DNA of 64,000 nucleotides from an uncultured Chthonomonadaceae bacterium (GCA_963835065.1 CAWIEK010000002.1:64001-128000), one strand, 5' to 3'. Counted from the first letter of the stretch, positions 30,653-42,096 are shown. Notes: generated by a model from the sequence alone, not told the origin. A program made the numbers and translations.

Positions 30653-33371
30653 CTAAAACCGGAAGGTTTTCGCAGCCATTGTGGTGTCCTGATACCAGCC
30701 GGACGCGGGCGACGCGATCATGTTTGACGGGGCGGGGCGCGAAGGTTTTGTCGGGGAGGGCAGGCAGGCCATACGAGCGGTCAATCACGCGCAGAGTCAG
30801 GGGCGCAGTGGATTTTACGCGCAGCGTGAGCGTCAGGCCGGCATCGGGCGCGTTGAAGTACAGCAGGCTCCAGGCGTGGTTCAGGCCGATGCTGCCGCCG
30901 ATGGGCTTGCCTTCTATGGTCGCGTCCAATACCGGCGTATTCGCGTCTGCCGCAATTTCCAGCAGGGGGGCATGACGGGGCGAGGCCACGCGCAGCCGCA
31001 GTTCCCGAACGCCGTTTTCCACGCGCTCACTCTCCAAAACGGCGGTCGGCGCGGCAAGCGGCGCAAGGGGCGCGGGCGTATGGAGAAACGTTTCCGGGCT
31101 GACCGGCAGAACATCCGGCAATGCGCCGCGCAGAGGATGCTCACCCAAAAACTGCTTTGTCCAGTCGTCCGGCTTGCGGTCATTGCTCGCCCACACCGCC
31201 GTATGTGTGTCCGCGTTCAGCGCGTAGAAAATGCTGTTGGAGCGCGGGCGCGTTTCGCTCGGCTGCAAGGCTTCCGCGCCCACCCACAGCAGAACCGCGC
31301 CGATTGCCATCAGCAGCAAAGGCAACGCCTGCGGATGCAGGGGCGCAACGCGAACCATAACCCGCATCTGCGGATACAGCAAGGCGATTGTCAGCGCGGT
31401 CAATGCGCCAACAATCGTCAGCGAACCGATGGACAGGGTCGCAAACAGTAGGCACAGCACAGGCAAGACCAGCAGAACGGCAGGCGCAAGTCCAAGCATC
31501 AGACACGTCAGCGCGATTTGCGCAGGGTTCATTCCCTCCTGCCATTTTCGGGGCGCGAACAGCAGCCCTTGCGCCACCAACACGCCAAGCAGGGGCCACA
31601 CAAACAGATAGCTTCCGCCCGGCAGCAGCAAGGCGGTCAGCCACGCCAGCAGCAGCCACCACACCATTGCGCCCATCGCAACCGCGTCACGCGCCAACAG
31701 GAACGGCATTTGCAGCCCAGGCGCACCCTGCGCTTCCCCCTCCGTTTTCGATACATCCGCTTCTGATTTCTCTTTGTCTTGTAACTTCTCTTTTTCGCGT
31801 TTACGAGGCCGCGTTTGCGTTTCCGCCGTTTCCTCTGCGTTGGTCCCGTTCCCCGCTGTCGTATCATGCTTACGCGCCGAACGCTTCCAATCCAGCAGCA
31901 ATATCACGCTTCCCATCGTCAGCAAAATGACGCCCGCTAATGTGGTATTGTCCAGATACAGCGTCATGCGCGGCGTCACGGCTCCCGATGTGAGCCAGTA
32001 CGTCAACCCGGCCAGCATCAGCACAACGGCGACAACCGCCCCACCCACGCGCAGCAGTCCTGACAGCAGCGCGATACCGGTCTGCCCATACCTCCGCCCA
32101 TTCCCCCGCCAAAACAATCGCAGAACCACAACGGTAAGCAGCGTTGCCAGCATCGCCAGAGGCACAGCCCACGTTTCCGGGTACGCGCACAGCCAGGTTC
32201 GCGTGATGTTGAAATAAATGGCGTCCGGCTGCCGCGCTTCCGTCAGGGACACGTTACCGAACTGCCGCGCCAGACTCAGCATGTTGTCGCCCTGATGCTG
32301 CAAACTGCGCAAATCCAGACGCTCCACACTGTCCAGGCTGGTGTGGTAATGCGCGGCGCGGTCAATAAAGGCGAAGTTCAGCCCAATCATGCCCCCATCC
32401 CGAAATTCCGTAAAATCCGTATCATTGGGCAGTTTCTTGTAGACGGCATAAAACAGGGAGGAGCCGAGCGGTTGTATCGCCCCCTGCCCGAACTGCCGCG
32501 CCAGCCACCCATTCCCCGCGCTGGTCTCGAACATCAGCGACGGCCCCGACGTGCCCCGCGCCTCGAAGTTCAGGACCAGAGTAGGAAATGATGAATGATG
32601 AGTGATGAGTGATGAGTGGGAATTCCATTCATCATTCATCATTCCGCGTTCAGCATTTCCTGCTGTTCCCTGTTCCCTGTTCCCTGTTCCCTGTCCTCCT
32701 TCTACAAACGCCCGCGCTCCAAGCAAGCCGGTTTCTTCGCCGTCGGTTAAAAGAATAACCAGGTCGTTGCGCAGGCGGAAAGGGTACCTCACCCCGGACG
32801 TCCATTTATGGACACCTTCTCTGGCCGCTTCTTCGCCGCCAGGGGAGGGGCTTTGCGAGTTAGCCGGGTTTGTAATGTCGCTGCGGGATTGGAGGGCGCG
32901 AAGGGTTTCCAGCAAAGCCGCTGCGCTTGCGCCATCATCGCTTGCGCCCGGCCCGGTGGAAACCGAATCGTAATGCGCGGCAAGCAGCACGGTTCCGGTG
33001 GGGTTAGTGCCGGGTATGCGCGCCCAGATGTTGTGGACGGTGGCGGCGCGATACGGGCGGGATGTTCGCGCGCCGACAACCGGCGTGGTTTGCAGTTGGG
33101 GCGATACTCCCAATTGCCGAAGCTGCGCCAGGAGATAGTCACGAACGCGGGCATGTTCGGATGCGCCCTGTGGATGGGGAGATTTAGCGATTTCCCGAAG
33201 CGACATGAGGGCGCGAGAAGCGGAAAATGCTTCGGCAGGCGCGTTCGTGGAACGAGGCGAGGGCGGCGTAATGGAGCGGAGCGCGACAAGCGCCAGCAGC
33301 GCCAGCCACAACAGCATCAGGCAGGCTTGCCACTGCGCCAAACGCCGATTGTGAGTAGGATCAACGGGCAT
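30653..33371 (-). CDS. M28 family metallopeptidase with a multi-TM domain; two repeat-derived in-frame insertions
   Basis: AHYDS, GPGASDD, TDGEE.GLLGA, NFEARG.SGP, PNDTDF, HYHT..D. Removing one G at 30729-30732 gives a natural end RPSNMIASPASGWYQDTTMAAKTFRF* at 30653; the ORF track ends at 30633. Confidence 0.88.
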
Positions 33372-33380
33372 AAAATCACT

Positions 33381-33590
33381 TCAACATTTAGCAATTTCGG
33401 CATCGCTCATTTGATCACGCGCCGCCAGAACATAGCGGAAAGCGGCATACCGGTAATGCTCCGTATTGTCGTCTTCACCGGACTGATAAATGGCGATTTG
33501 TTTATACAGCAGGTCGGCTTCCAAAAAGCCATATTCCAGCCAATCGGCATGGTAGCGCAGAATATCAAGTTGATGGGACAGTTCTTCCAT
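33381..33590 (-). CDS. Short hypothetical protein, possibly a truncated fragment
   Basis: 69-aa protein-like ORF (EDDNTEHYRYAAF) ending 10 nt before the peptidase start. Confidence 0.45.
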   Translation of the reverse strand: MEELSHQLDILRYHADWLEYGFLEADLLYKQIAIYQSGEDDNTEHYRYAAFRYVLAARDQMSDAEIAKC

Positions 33591-33985
33591 TCACTGCAAG
33601 TGCCCCTTCCCCACAACGCAAGCAGCAACCCTCCCGCAAAAACAATCCAGAAAAAAGACAGTAAAAAGAGCAAAAAAACGCCAAAACAAACGAACCCTTT
33701 GTCCAACGCAGCCGTCTAAAAAGTAGAATAACGTCTACTGTTTAGATGTTAGACACAGAAGGCGGAACGTTCGCAGTTCCTATCAACTCTCAACTCTCAA
33801 CTCTCAACTAAGAAGGGAGGTGCCAGTTCTATGTTCCGCTTCTCCCATCCGCCCTGACGCTGCGGAGGCCACGACGCCTCTCTCCTACAATCTGACACAA
33901 CGAGACATCGGGCTGGAAGCGCTGTATTGCCAAGATTTCGACGATGCCTCTACATACTCTTTTTCTACAGATACTTTTCTCTGCC

Positions 33986-34117
33986 TGCCGTTTGCCCGGC
34001 GTTTTCCTGCCGGGTGTTTTCAACCCTCGGAACGCTCTTGTCGGTATCCGGCCTCCCATTTCACAGCAAGCGTTTTCAATACCCGGAACGCCTGCCGGGG
34101 ATTGAAAAGCCCCGGTA
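33986..34117. repeat. REPIN-like family A, degenerate copy
   Basis: ttcctgccgggtgttttcaaccctcgg, ttttcaatacccgg and gccggggattgaaaagccccgg half-sites. Confidence 0.65.
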
Positions 34118-34136
34118 CAGGCTGTTCAGGAAAGCA

Positions 34137-34904
34137 TTATGGCCTGCGTTCGGCGGACGCGCGGCGATACTCGCGCATTACGGTTTCCACGTCACCGTCC
34201 ATGCAAATATGGCTGGTGTCCAGCCACAAGATGCGCTCCGCAACCCGCTCCACAGCGGCAAGATCGTGCGACACGAACACAATGGTTTTGCCCTGCGCCT
34301 GCAATTCCGCAATCAGGCGGTAGCATTTGTGCTGAAACGCCTCGTCGCCCACCGCCAGCACTTCATCCACGAGCAGCAAATCCGGGTCGGTATGCACGGC
34401 AATAGAAAAGCCCAGGCGCAGTTTCGCTCCATCGTTCCAGTTGCGGACAATGGTATCCGCCTTTTTTTCCAGTTCCGCGAACGCGATAATCTGTTCCCGG
34501 CGTTCCTGCACCTGCTGCGCGGTCATGCCGAGCATGGCTCCGTAAAAGGCGATGTTGTCGTAACCGTCCAGTTCGGGATGCAGTCCCGCGCCCAATTCCA
34601 GCAGGGGCGCGATACGCGGACGCTCACCGGACTGACTGAACATTTCCAGGGTTCCCGACGTTTGCCGGTATACCCGCGCCAGCAGGCCGAGCAGCGTAGA
34701 CTTGCCCGACCCGTTGCGCCCGATAACCGCCAGCGTCTGCCCGTGCGGGACGCGAAAACTGATGTTTTCCAGCGCGGTAAACGGCTCAATCCGGGTGCGC
34801 CGCGACCATTCCAGCACAGCGCGTTTGATAGAGTGCGCCTCATGCCGCACGCGAAACACTTTGGTCAGATTTTCCGCGATAATGGCGTCAGGACAGGAAT
34901 TCAA
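34137..34904 (-). CDS. wzt: Polysaccharide ABC exporter ATP-binding subunit (Wzt/TagH-like)
   Basis: GRNGSGKSTLL, PLLELGAG.HPEL.G..N, LLVDEVLAVGD.AFQ.KC, VSHD. Confidence 0.9.
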   Translation of the reverse strand: MNSCPDAIIAENLTKVFRVRHEAHSIKRAVLEWSRRTRIEPFTALENISFRVPHGQTLAVIGRNGSGKSTLLGLLARVYRQTSGTLEMFSQSGERPRIAPLLELGAGLHPELDGYDNIAFYGAMLGMTAQQVQERREQIIAFAELEKKADTIVRNWNDGAKLRLGFSIAVHTDPDLLLVDEVLAVGDEAFQHKCYRLIAELQAQGKTIVFVSHDLAAVERVAERILWLDTSHICMDGDVETVMREYRRASAERRP

Positions 34905-34907
34905 ACT

Positions 34908-35792
34908 TTAACTCCGTTCCACAAACTGCCACTTGCGCCGGTTGAAATACCAGTAGCAGAACCAGGCGAACGCAATCGTAATCAGGAACGCGCCCCCGAA
35001 CGCCGGCCAGTCCATCGGAATCGGCGGCAGTTCCCGGCCATTGGGCAGGTACATTTTATTGAATTTGGAGGGCGACAGCGGTTCCAGAATACACTTGCGA
35101 TAAGCGTCAATGATCGCCGTGATGGGATTTAACCTGTATACGGTCAGCAGCCAGGGATGGCGGCGCATCACGCCAAAATCGGCGGCAAGATCGGCGGGAT
35201 ACAAAATCGGCAGCAGAAACACGATCAGGTTCAGCACGGTGGTCACGATAAACTTTACATCATCGAAAAACACGTTCAGGGCGGACAGCAAAAGCGCGAA
35301 CCCCGCTGTCAGCAAAAACAGCATCAGGGTAATCAGAGGGAAATACAGCATGGACGGCAGCAGGGGAATGCCGACGCCGGAAAAACGGCGCACAACCACA
35401 AACACGACAAAAAACACCGCCCAGCTAATGAACAAATGCACCGTGTTGCTCAACACCGTCGCCAGGGGAATCACTTCGCGGGGCATGTACACTTTTTTGA
35501 TAATGCCGTAGTTGGCGAGCAGGCATTGACTGGCATCCAGCAGCGCGGTGGAAAAAAAGGTCCAGGGGATCAGGCCGCATAGCAGATAGGGCGCGTAATT
35601 CGGGTAATCAATACGCAGCGCTACTTTGAACAAGAACATGTACACGAACACTTGCAGCAGGGGCGGAATTATAGACCACAAAAGCCCTAATGCAGAGTTT
35701 TTGTAGCGTACCTTTAATTCGCGCCGCACGAACATGTGCAGCAAATAGCGGTAGCGCCACAGTTCCAAAAGGTTCTCGCGTGTTGTTGCCAT
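34908..35792 (-). CDS. wzm: Polysaccharide ABC exporter permease (Wzm/TagG-like)
   Basis: LWRYRYLL..FV.RELKVRYK.SALG.LW, KVYMPRE..P, PILYP, LNPIT..I..YR. Confidence 0.9.
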   Translation of the reverse strand: MATTRENLLELWRYRYLLHMFVRRELKVRYKNSALGLLWSIIPPLLQVFVYMFLFKVALRIDYPNYAPYLLCGLIPWTFFSTALLDASQCLLANYGIIKKVYMPREVIPLATVLSNTVHLFISWAVFFVVFVVVRRFSGVGIPLLPSMLYFPLITLMLFLLTAGFALLLSALNVFFDDVKFIVTTVLNLIVFLLPILYPADLAADFGVMRRHPWLLTVYRLNPITAIIDAYRKCILEPLSPSKFNKMYLPNGRELPPIPMDWPAFGGAFLITIAFAWFCYWYFNRRKWQFVERS

Positions 35793-35811
35793 CTTATGTG
35801 TTCCTGATATT

Positions 35812-36048
35812 TCAATCTGCGCCGTCCTCGTCCTCCTCGTCGTTGACAGCCGTTGCCACGTCTTCAGGCCGCGCCGGTTCCAGGAGGGCGAGCAGGGCGG
35901 AACGGGGTATCAGCACTTTGCGCTTGCCTGCGATACGGAAGGCTTGCAGGCGGCCTTGCCGGATGTAGGAGCGAATGCTGGACTGACTTACTTGCAGATA
36001 TTGTGCCGCCTGTTCGACGGTGAGCAAATCCCTGGCTTCCAGGTCCAT
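35812..36048 (-). CDS. Excisionase-family (HTH_17) DNA-binding protein
   Basis: LLTVEQAAQYLQVS.S.IR.YIRQGRL.AFRI.G...LIPRS. Confidence 0.88.
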   Translation of the reverse strand: MDLEARDLLTVEQAAQYLQVSQSSIRSYIRQGRLQAFRIAGKRKVLIPRSALLALLEPARPEDVATAVNDEEDEDGAD

Positions 36049-36238
36049 TCAGTTGTCCCTTTTGGTAAGTGGTCGGTCAAGCTATTCGGTCGCCGTCCTC
36101 CCCGCAAATGCAGGGCGCGGCAGTCAATTCCCACAACCGCAGCAAACCGTCGCAAAAGAAAATGCTGGGAAAGACTCCCGAAGGAGCGGGTGGAGCAAAA
36201 TTCAGAGGAATCGCGCAATCTATAAGCGAATTGGGTAG

Positions 36239-36268
36239 AGTATACAAAATGCCGACAGGGAATGTCAA
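36239..36268 (-). promoter_or_regulatory. sigma70-type promoter for HTH-wzm-wzt
   Basis: TTGACA-18-TATACT on the minus strand. Confidence 0.55.
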
Positions 36269-36407
36269 TAGCTTGCAGGAGTTTTACACAGGACATTGGC
36301 TAGATTCTGCGCAAATTGTTCGCCGGTATCGCCGGGGGCGCGTTTCCACTTTCCTGTACGTAAGAATAGTAGGGTGTTAGGGTTCTATGGTTTTAGGGTT
36401 TTAGGGT

Positions 36408-38036
36408 GTGGAGATTAATCCATTGCGGCAATTTTACGCTTGCTTTTGCGTTGTATGGGGTATCGTTTTTGGCGTTTGCGCCGCGTCTGCCACTGCGCAG
36501 GCGGAACCGGACGCAGGCATCCGGCGCGTGGTTGTGCTTGCGCCGCGCGCCATCGCGCCGACGCCGCAGGTGCAGCAGCGCATTGAGCAGGAACGCGCCC
36601 GCCGCAGCAAAGCGCGGCGTAAATCCAAACGGCGTATGCCCGTCCCGCAGGTTTCATCTGCTTCTAATGCCGCCGCGCCAACCCTTTCGGCGTCGAACGT
36701 TCCCGCGCCAACTATACCAACCGTTTCTATACCGAATGTTGCTGCGCAAGCCGGCAAGGATAGTCATGCCCCGAAAACGGAAGCCAATTCAGCGCCTCGT
36801 ATGGACGCCGGCAGGCCGAAGCAGAACCTTTCGCAAGCGCCTGCGGCTCCATTCGCCGCTACGCAGCCGTCCGGGGCTTCCACTTCAAGTGGCAAAACCG
36901 ATGTCGTACCCCCGGAGCAGCGCGCGTCATTGGCGCAGGCGCTTTTTGTGGACGCGCTGACGGAACGCTTACAGGATCGTTTGGGGATAGTCGTGGCCGG
37001 GGATAACGAGATTACCGCCGCTTGCCAGACCCTGCATCTGACGCCGGAACAAGCCGCGCAACCGGACAATGCGCGGCGATTGTGCGTACAATTACACTGC
37101 CAGGCCGCGCTGATACCCCATATAACCGCCTGTACCCTGCGCGAAGCCGCCACTCGTGACGCGGCTGTCTTCGCTCAAATCGAAACCATTTTTGCGCCCA
37201 CACAAGCGGAACAGGTTCCTTCCGGCAAGGCGGCTGCGAACGACACACCGCCCTTAGCGCAATGGCCTGCGCGTCTGGAAGTGGCGGGAACGGCTTCCTC
37301 GGATCGCGTACTTCTGCACAGCGCGTACAAGAAACCGCAGGCCGACCTTATCCGCGATGCCACGCAGCAGGCAGTCAACATTCTGCTTCACGCCCTGCGA
37401 ACCGGGGAGCAGGCTCCGTTCATGCGGATGGAAGACCGTATCGCCGTTACGCCGGTTCTCGCGCCGGGGGGAGCCGACAAACTGATTTTTACCGCGTCGG
37501 GGCGGCGCGTCATGCCTGCGTCTGTGGGTGAACTTCATGCGTCGGTAACAGCGCTGTTTTTGCCCGACCTGCTGCCCCTTGCGCCCGGCCACATCCTTAA
37601 TGAGAATGACGTTGCTGTGGCTTTCGCCGCGCAGGGGGGCAAGCCGAAAGAGTTGTGGCGGGGAGAAGACCAGCCCGCAATCAATCGCGTTCAAACCCTG
37701 GGGCGCAGCCTGCGCGTGGATTATGTTCTGCTGTCCCGCGTCACGGATGTGGAACTGTCGGAAAGCGAAGGCGCGTCGGATGCCACCGGCAACGCTTCGG
37801 CAACGGAACGGCAGCGCGCGGTTCGCGTGGAAGCCGTCGCCGCCCTGGTGCGCGTGGGAGACGGTGTGTTGCTCTGGCATGACCGCGCCATTGCCACCAT
37901 GGCCGCGCCCCTGCCTATGTTCACCGTGAATGGCAAATCGCCGTCCACCCAAAGTCTCGTCCACGACGCCACGCGCTTCGCCCTCGTGGAATTGCAGCGC
38001 CGCCTGCGTCGTTATCGGAGTACGTTTGAAAGGTAG
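36408..38036 (+). CDS. Secreted hypothetical protein with a Pro/Ala-rich linker
   Basis: Signal peptide ending ATAQA; two alpha/beta-like segments (LGRSLRVDYVLLSRV, ALVRV.DG.LLW). Confidence 0.7.
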   Translation: MEINPLRQFYACFCVVWGIVFGVCAASATAQAEPDAGIRRVVVLAPRAIAPTPQVQQRIEQERARRSKARRKSKRRMPVPQVSSASNAAAPTLSASNVPAPTIPTVSIPNVAAQAGKDSHAPKTEANSAPRMDAGRPKQNLSQAPAAPFAATQPSGASTSSGKTDVVPPEQRASLAQALFVDALTERLQDRLGIVVAGDNEITAACQTLHLTPEQAAQPDNARRLCVQLHCQAALIPHITACTLREAATRDAAVFAQIETIFAPTQAEQVPSGKAAANDTPPLAQWPARLEVAGTASSDRVLLHSAYKKPQADLIRDATQQAVNILLHALRTGEQAPFMRMEDRIAVTPVLAPGGADKLIFTASGRRVMPASVGELHASVTALFLPDLLPLAPGHILNENDVAVAFAAQGGKPKELWRGEDQPAINRVQTLGRSLRVDYVLLSRVTDVELSESEGASDATGNASATERQRAVRVEAVAALVRVGDGVLLWHDRAIATMAAPLPMFTVNGKSPSTQSLVHDATRFALVELQRRLRRYRSTFER

Positions 38037-38177
38037 ATAAGAGATAAGAGATAAAAGATAAGAGTAAATGCTCTGGTGCTATCCATCTGTGTGGCACATT
38101 GTATATTCTGCTGCTTCTACAAACTTCTATCTCTTATCTCTTATCTCTTATCTCTTATCTCTCTTATCTAAATCCCT

Positions 38178-38939
38178 ATGCCCACTTATCCCGCCAACGG
38201 CCTGGTCGTGCATCGCATTGACCTGGGCGAAAATGACCGTATCTTGACTCTGTTCACCCGCGAACACGGCAAAGTGTCTGCTGTCGCCAAGGGCGCGCGG
38301 CGGGCCAAAAGCCGTCTGAGCGGCGCGACGGACTTGTTCACGCACTCGCGCTTTCTGCTCGGAACCGGCAGGAATCTGGATATTGTCTCGCAGTGCGAAA
38401 TCGCCCAATCGTTTCCTGATCTGCGCTACGATCTGGAACGGCTGGCCCGCGCCACGTACTTCTGCGAACTGCTGGACCGATTGACGCTGGAACGGGACGC
38501 GATTGCCAGTGACGAGTTATTTGATTTAACCCTGTCCGCCCTGCACCTGCTGGCCCGCGCCGAAACCTATCTGGACGGCATTGTCCATGCTTACGAGTTA
38601 CACCTGCTGGCGATCATCGGGTACGCGCCCGTGCTGGATCAATGCGTGAAATGCGGCAACCCCTTAGAGCGGCGGCAAATCGGGTTCAGCCCGTCTTTGG
38701 GCGGAACGCTGTGCAACGCGGATCGCTACAAGGCCGATGATGCCGTTTCCTTATCACTGGACAGCGTGGAAATGATGCAGACATTGATGCAGGAACCTCC
38801 TGAAACAGTGCTTGGCCTGGAGCCTGCGCCCAAAACGGCAGCCGAAGTCGCCCGCGCCCTGCGCTGGTTCGTGCGCTTCCGGGCTGACCGCGACCTCAAA
38901 AGCGCCGACTTTCTGGATCAACTGCGCGCGGGAAAGTAA
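38178..38939 (+). CDS. recO: DNA repair protein RecO
   Basis: GENDRILTLFTREHGKV.AVAKGARR.KSRL; GY.P.L..CV.CG zinc-finger region. Confidence 0.96.
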   Translation: MPTYPANGLVVHRIDLGENDRILTLFTREHGKVSAVAKGARRAKSRLSGATDLFTHSRFLLGTGRNLDIVSQCEIAQSFPDLRYDLERLARATYFCELLDRLTLERDAIASDELFDLTLSALHLLARAETYLDGIVHAYELHLLAIIGYAPVLDQCVKCGNPLERRQIGFSPSLGGTLCNADRYKADDAVSLSLDSVEMMQTLMQEPPETVLGLEPAPKTAAEVARALRWFVRFRADRDLKSADFLDQLRAGK

Positions 38940-38951
38940 GGACTGAAAACC

Positions 38952-39695
38952 ATGCGGCTTATTCTTGCGGGCTTGTTCGTGGTTGTCGGCATATTCCTGG
39001 TGTTTTTGCTGCTTGGCCCCTGGCTGGAGCATCTGCCCCCGTTGCTTTCCATGCTGCTTATTGCTGTAATCGCGGGCGTGGGTTTCCTGGGGTTGTGCCT
39101 TGCCGCCCTTTTTCTCTTCAATGCGCCCGACCCTACAAGCAAGTCGGCGGCAGAATACGAGAAGCAAATGCGCGAATGGGAAGCGCAGGGATTGCTGACG
39201 GTTACGAATTACAAATTTACGCGGGCGTTTCGAGCGGATGAAGACGAAGCCATAGAAGAGGAAGACGAAGACAACGCCGAGGTGTCAGGCCCGCACTACT
39301 TCTTCGAACTTGACAACGGTACGGTGCTATACCTGTGCGGGCATTACCTGCCCGCGCCGGAAGGAACCCTTGACGGCCCAGACGCCTTTAATGGTGAAGC
39401 CCCGCCTTACCTGGAGGATGCCGACTTAATAACGGACCTGGCGCTTATGGCTGATGAATTAGATGCTCGACATGTGAGGGAAGGCCACTTTTCCTATACT
39501 ATCTCCTCTTTTGAGTTGACCGTCAAGCGTCACAGCATCGAGGACAGGATTGTTCAGGTTAGTTGCGATATAGGGCCGATAATGGATACTGCTCCGGCCA
39601 CGTTTTGGAACAACCCCTACTGGCAGAGCCACTCTGTCAACGATGGCGACATTCTCACCGACTGCGCCTACGATGAACTGCTTGCGGACTTATAA
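38952..39695 (+). CDS. Hypothetical membrane protein with an acidic C-terminal domain
   Basis: Two N-terminal TM helices; 247-aa ORF directly after recO. Confidence 0.7.
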   Translation: MRLILAGLFVVVGIFLVFLLLGPWLEHLPPLLSMLLIAVIAGVGFLGLCLAALFLFNAPDPTSKSAAEYEKQMREWEAQGLLTVTNYKFTRAFRADEDEAIEEEDEDNAEVSGPHYFFELDNGTVLYLCGHYLPAPEGTLDGPDAFNGEAPPYLEDADLITDLALMADELDARHVREGHFSYTISSFELTVKRHSIEDRIVQVSCDIGPIMDTAPATFWNNPYWQSHSVNDGDILTDCAYDELLADL

Positions 39696-39796
39696 TTCCC
39701 GCAACGCTTGTGCCTCTTATAAATTGTTTCGTCCAATCGCGCCGTTTCTGAACTAACGGCGCTTTCTTGCGTCGGTAACTGTGAAGCGCGCAAGTT

Positions 39797-39922
39797 GCCG
39801 GGCACTGAAAGTACCCGTCTCGGTGGCGTTCCGCCAAGCGTCCTACGGACGCACAATGCTTGTACAATGGGTTGCGTCCGCAGGACGCTTGTACTTTCCT
39901 GCCGGGTATTTTCAATGCCCGG
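39797..39922. repeat. REPIN-like family A copy 3
   Basis: gccgggcactgaaagtacccg ... caagcgtcctacggacgc / gcgtccgcaggacgcttg ... gccgggtattttcaatgcccgg. Confidence 0.8.
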
Positions 39923-39983
39923 TACGCAGGCCCTACAGACGGTAGTTTTTAACCAAAGGTTACAGATAGAAGAAGGATGCGTC

Positions 39984-42096
39984 ATGCTGAACATTCGCTG
40001 CAATAGAATTCAATGGACTGCTCTCGCCTTGTCGCTTGGCGTGGCCGGCATCACGCTGACCGCCAACACGCTGGCCGCATCGCCTGCGGACAAGGCCGCG
40101 CCGCCCACTGCGGGGGATGCCATCAAGCGCAGCCCCGCCGCCCATCCGCTTACCGAGGACGAGAAAATCGTCCATGTGCTGAACCGATTGGGATTTGGGC
40201 CGCGTCCCGGCGATGTCGCCAAAGTGAAGGCGATGGGACTGTCCCGCTACATTGACATGCAATTGCGCCCGGAAAGCATTGACGACTCTGCCGTAGACAG
40301 ACAACTCGCGGGCTATGCGCAACTCCAATTGAGCGGCGAACAGCTTGACGAGGAGTACAACACCTTTTTAAGTACGGCGCGTACGGCGCAAACGGCGGGC
40401 AAAGCCATCAAAAAGCAGGCCGCGCGGGACAATGCCGCAGCAGGCGCAAGTGAGGCCACGCCGGGCGTAACCAATGCCGCGCCGGGCAGCCAGAACAATG
40501 CAAGTGGCGCGGGCAATGCCGGTCAAGCCGGATAAGATGGCAGCCGAAGACACACAGGCCGTGCCGCCCCTTGCCGGTAAAAAAGCCAACAAAGGCAAAC
40601 GGGCGCTTGCGGGCGTGAATAGTGGCGCGGACATGATGCCCACGCAGGACGTTCGCGCTTTGCGGCAGCAGTTGGCGCAAGTGGCTCTGCCCATTACGCA
40701 GGCGCACGAGCAGTTTATGGCCGCGAAAATGGTACGCGCTATCGAGTCGGAGCGGCAGCTTCAGGAAGTGCTGGCCGACTTTTGGAACAACCATTTTAAT
40801 ATAGACCTGCGCCGCGCCCCCTGCGGGATTTTGAAAATCGCCGATGACCGCGATGCGATCCGCCCGCACATTTTGGGCAAATTCCGCGACCTGCTGGGAG
40901 CCAGCGCGCACAGCCCCGCCATGCTGGTGTACCTGGACAACTATCTGTCCACCGCCGACCCCGGCGCGGCGACATCCGCAGCGGCAATGACGCCCGCCCG
41001 ACGCGCTCGCCTCAAGGCCAATCCGCCGAAGAAGCAGCGCATGGGTGGCCTGAATGAAAACTACGCCCGTGAAATCATGGAACTGCATACATTGGGTGTG
41101 GATGGCGGCTACACGCAAAACGACGTGCATGAAGTGGCTCGCTGTTTTTCGGGCTGGAGCCTCGCGTCGGCAGGCGGCAACCGACGCCCCGGAGCGGGCA
41201 AGTACAGTCAAGTCGGCGCGTTCCGCTTTTATCCCGCCGTACATGACAACGGCGCAAAAACGGTATTAGGACAAACCATTCCTGCGGGCGGCGGCATTCA
41301 GGACGGCGAAAAAGTGCTGGACATTCTGGCTTCGCACCCCGCCACCATGCGCCACGTCTCCTACCAACTGTGTCAGCGACTGGTGGCCGACACGCCGCCG
41401 GCTTCCCTTGTAGACAAATGCGTGGCGACCTGGAAGCGCACGGATGGCGACCTGCGCGAAATCGTGCGAACCATTGCCATTTCGCCGGAGTTTTACGCGT
41501 CGGCTTCGTATCGCAGCAAAATCAAATCGCCGTTTGAATATGCGGTTTCGTCCGTTCGGGCGCTTGGCGGCACGTATGCGGGCGTAACCGATATGCGCGG
41601 CAGAGGGCAGGCGCGCGTCGCCCTTTCGCTCATCAAGCCGCCCAAGGGTGGCGGCTATCTGGACGCGGGGGAAACCACGCTGCTTGGACAAATCGGGACG
41701 ATGGGACAGCCGCTCTTCCAGTATCAGGCTCCCACCGGCTACCCTGAAGATTCCAGCAAATGGGTTTCGGCGGGCGCGCTGATTTCTCGCCTGAACTTTG
41801 CCCTGGCGCTGACGGACGGCAAATTAACGGATGTTACCGCATTCCAAGTAGTGCCTACGCCTGCCGATGCAAAACCAATCAACGCCAACAACGCTATCAG
41901 CAACGCGGGCTTGCTGGTAGATCAATTGTCAACGCAGATTCTGCACACGCCGATTGCGCCGTCCACCCGCGCCACGCTGCTCAAGCAGTTAAGCGCCGAT
42001 ACCGCGCCGGTTTCCACTGCCGCCACCGGCATAAACGTCACCGCCAACCGCGTCGCCGCTCTGCTATTAGGTTCGCCGGAGTTCCAGCGCCGATAA
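39984..42096 (+). CDS. DUF1800 family protein; apparent +1 frameshift near 40440-40530
   Basis: HVLNRLGFGPRPGD in the first frame; QLQEVLADFW.NHFN, SPAML.YLDN, LNENYARE.MELHTLG, LLGSPEFQRR in the second frame. Confidence 0.88.

Noticed and set aside
33927..35132. Long antisense or alternative-frame ORFs (for example 33927-35132, 51766-52935, 2826-3689, 20083-21114)
   Set aside because: They shadow well-supported genes, lack motifs and are expected in GC-rich DNA.
35812..36048. Prophage or integrative element signalled by the excisionase-like gene
   Set aside because: No integrase, att site, tRNA or phage genes nearby.
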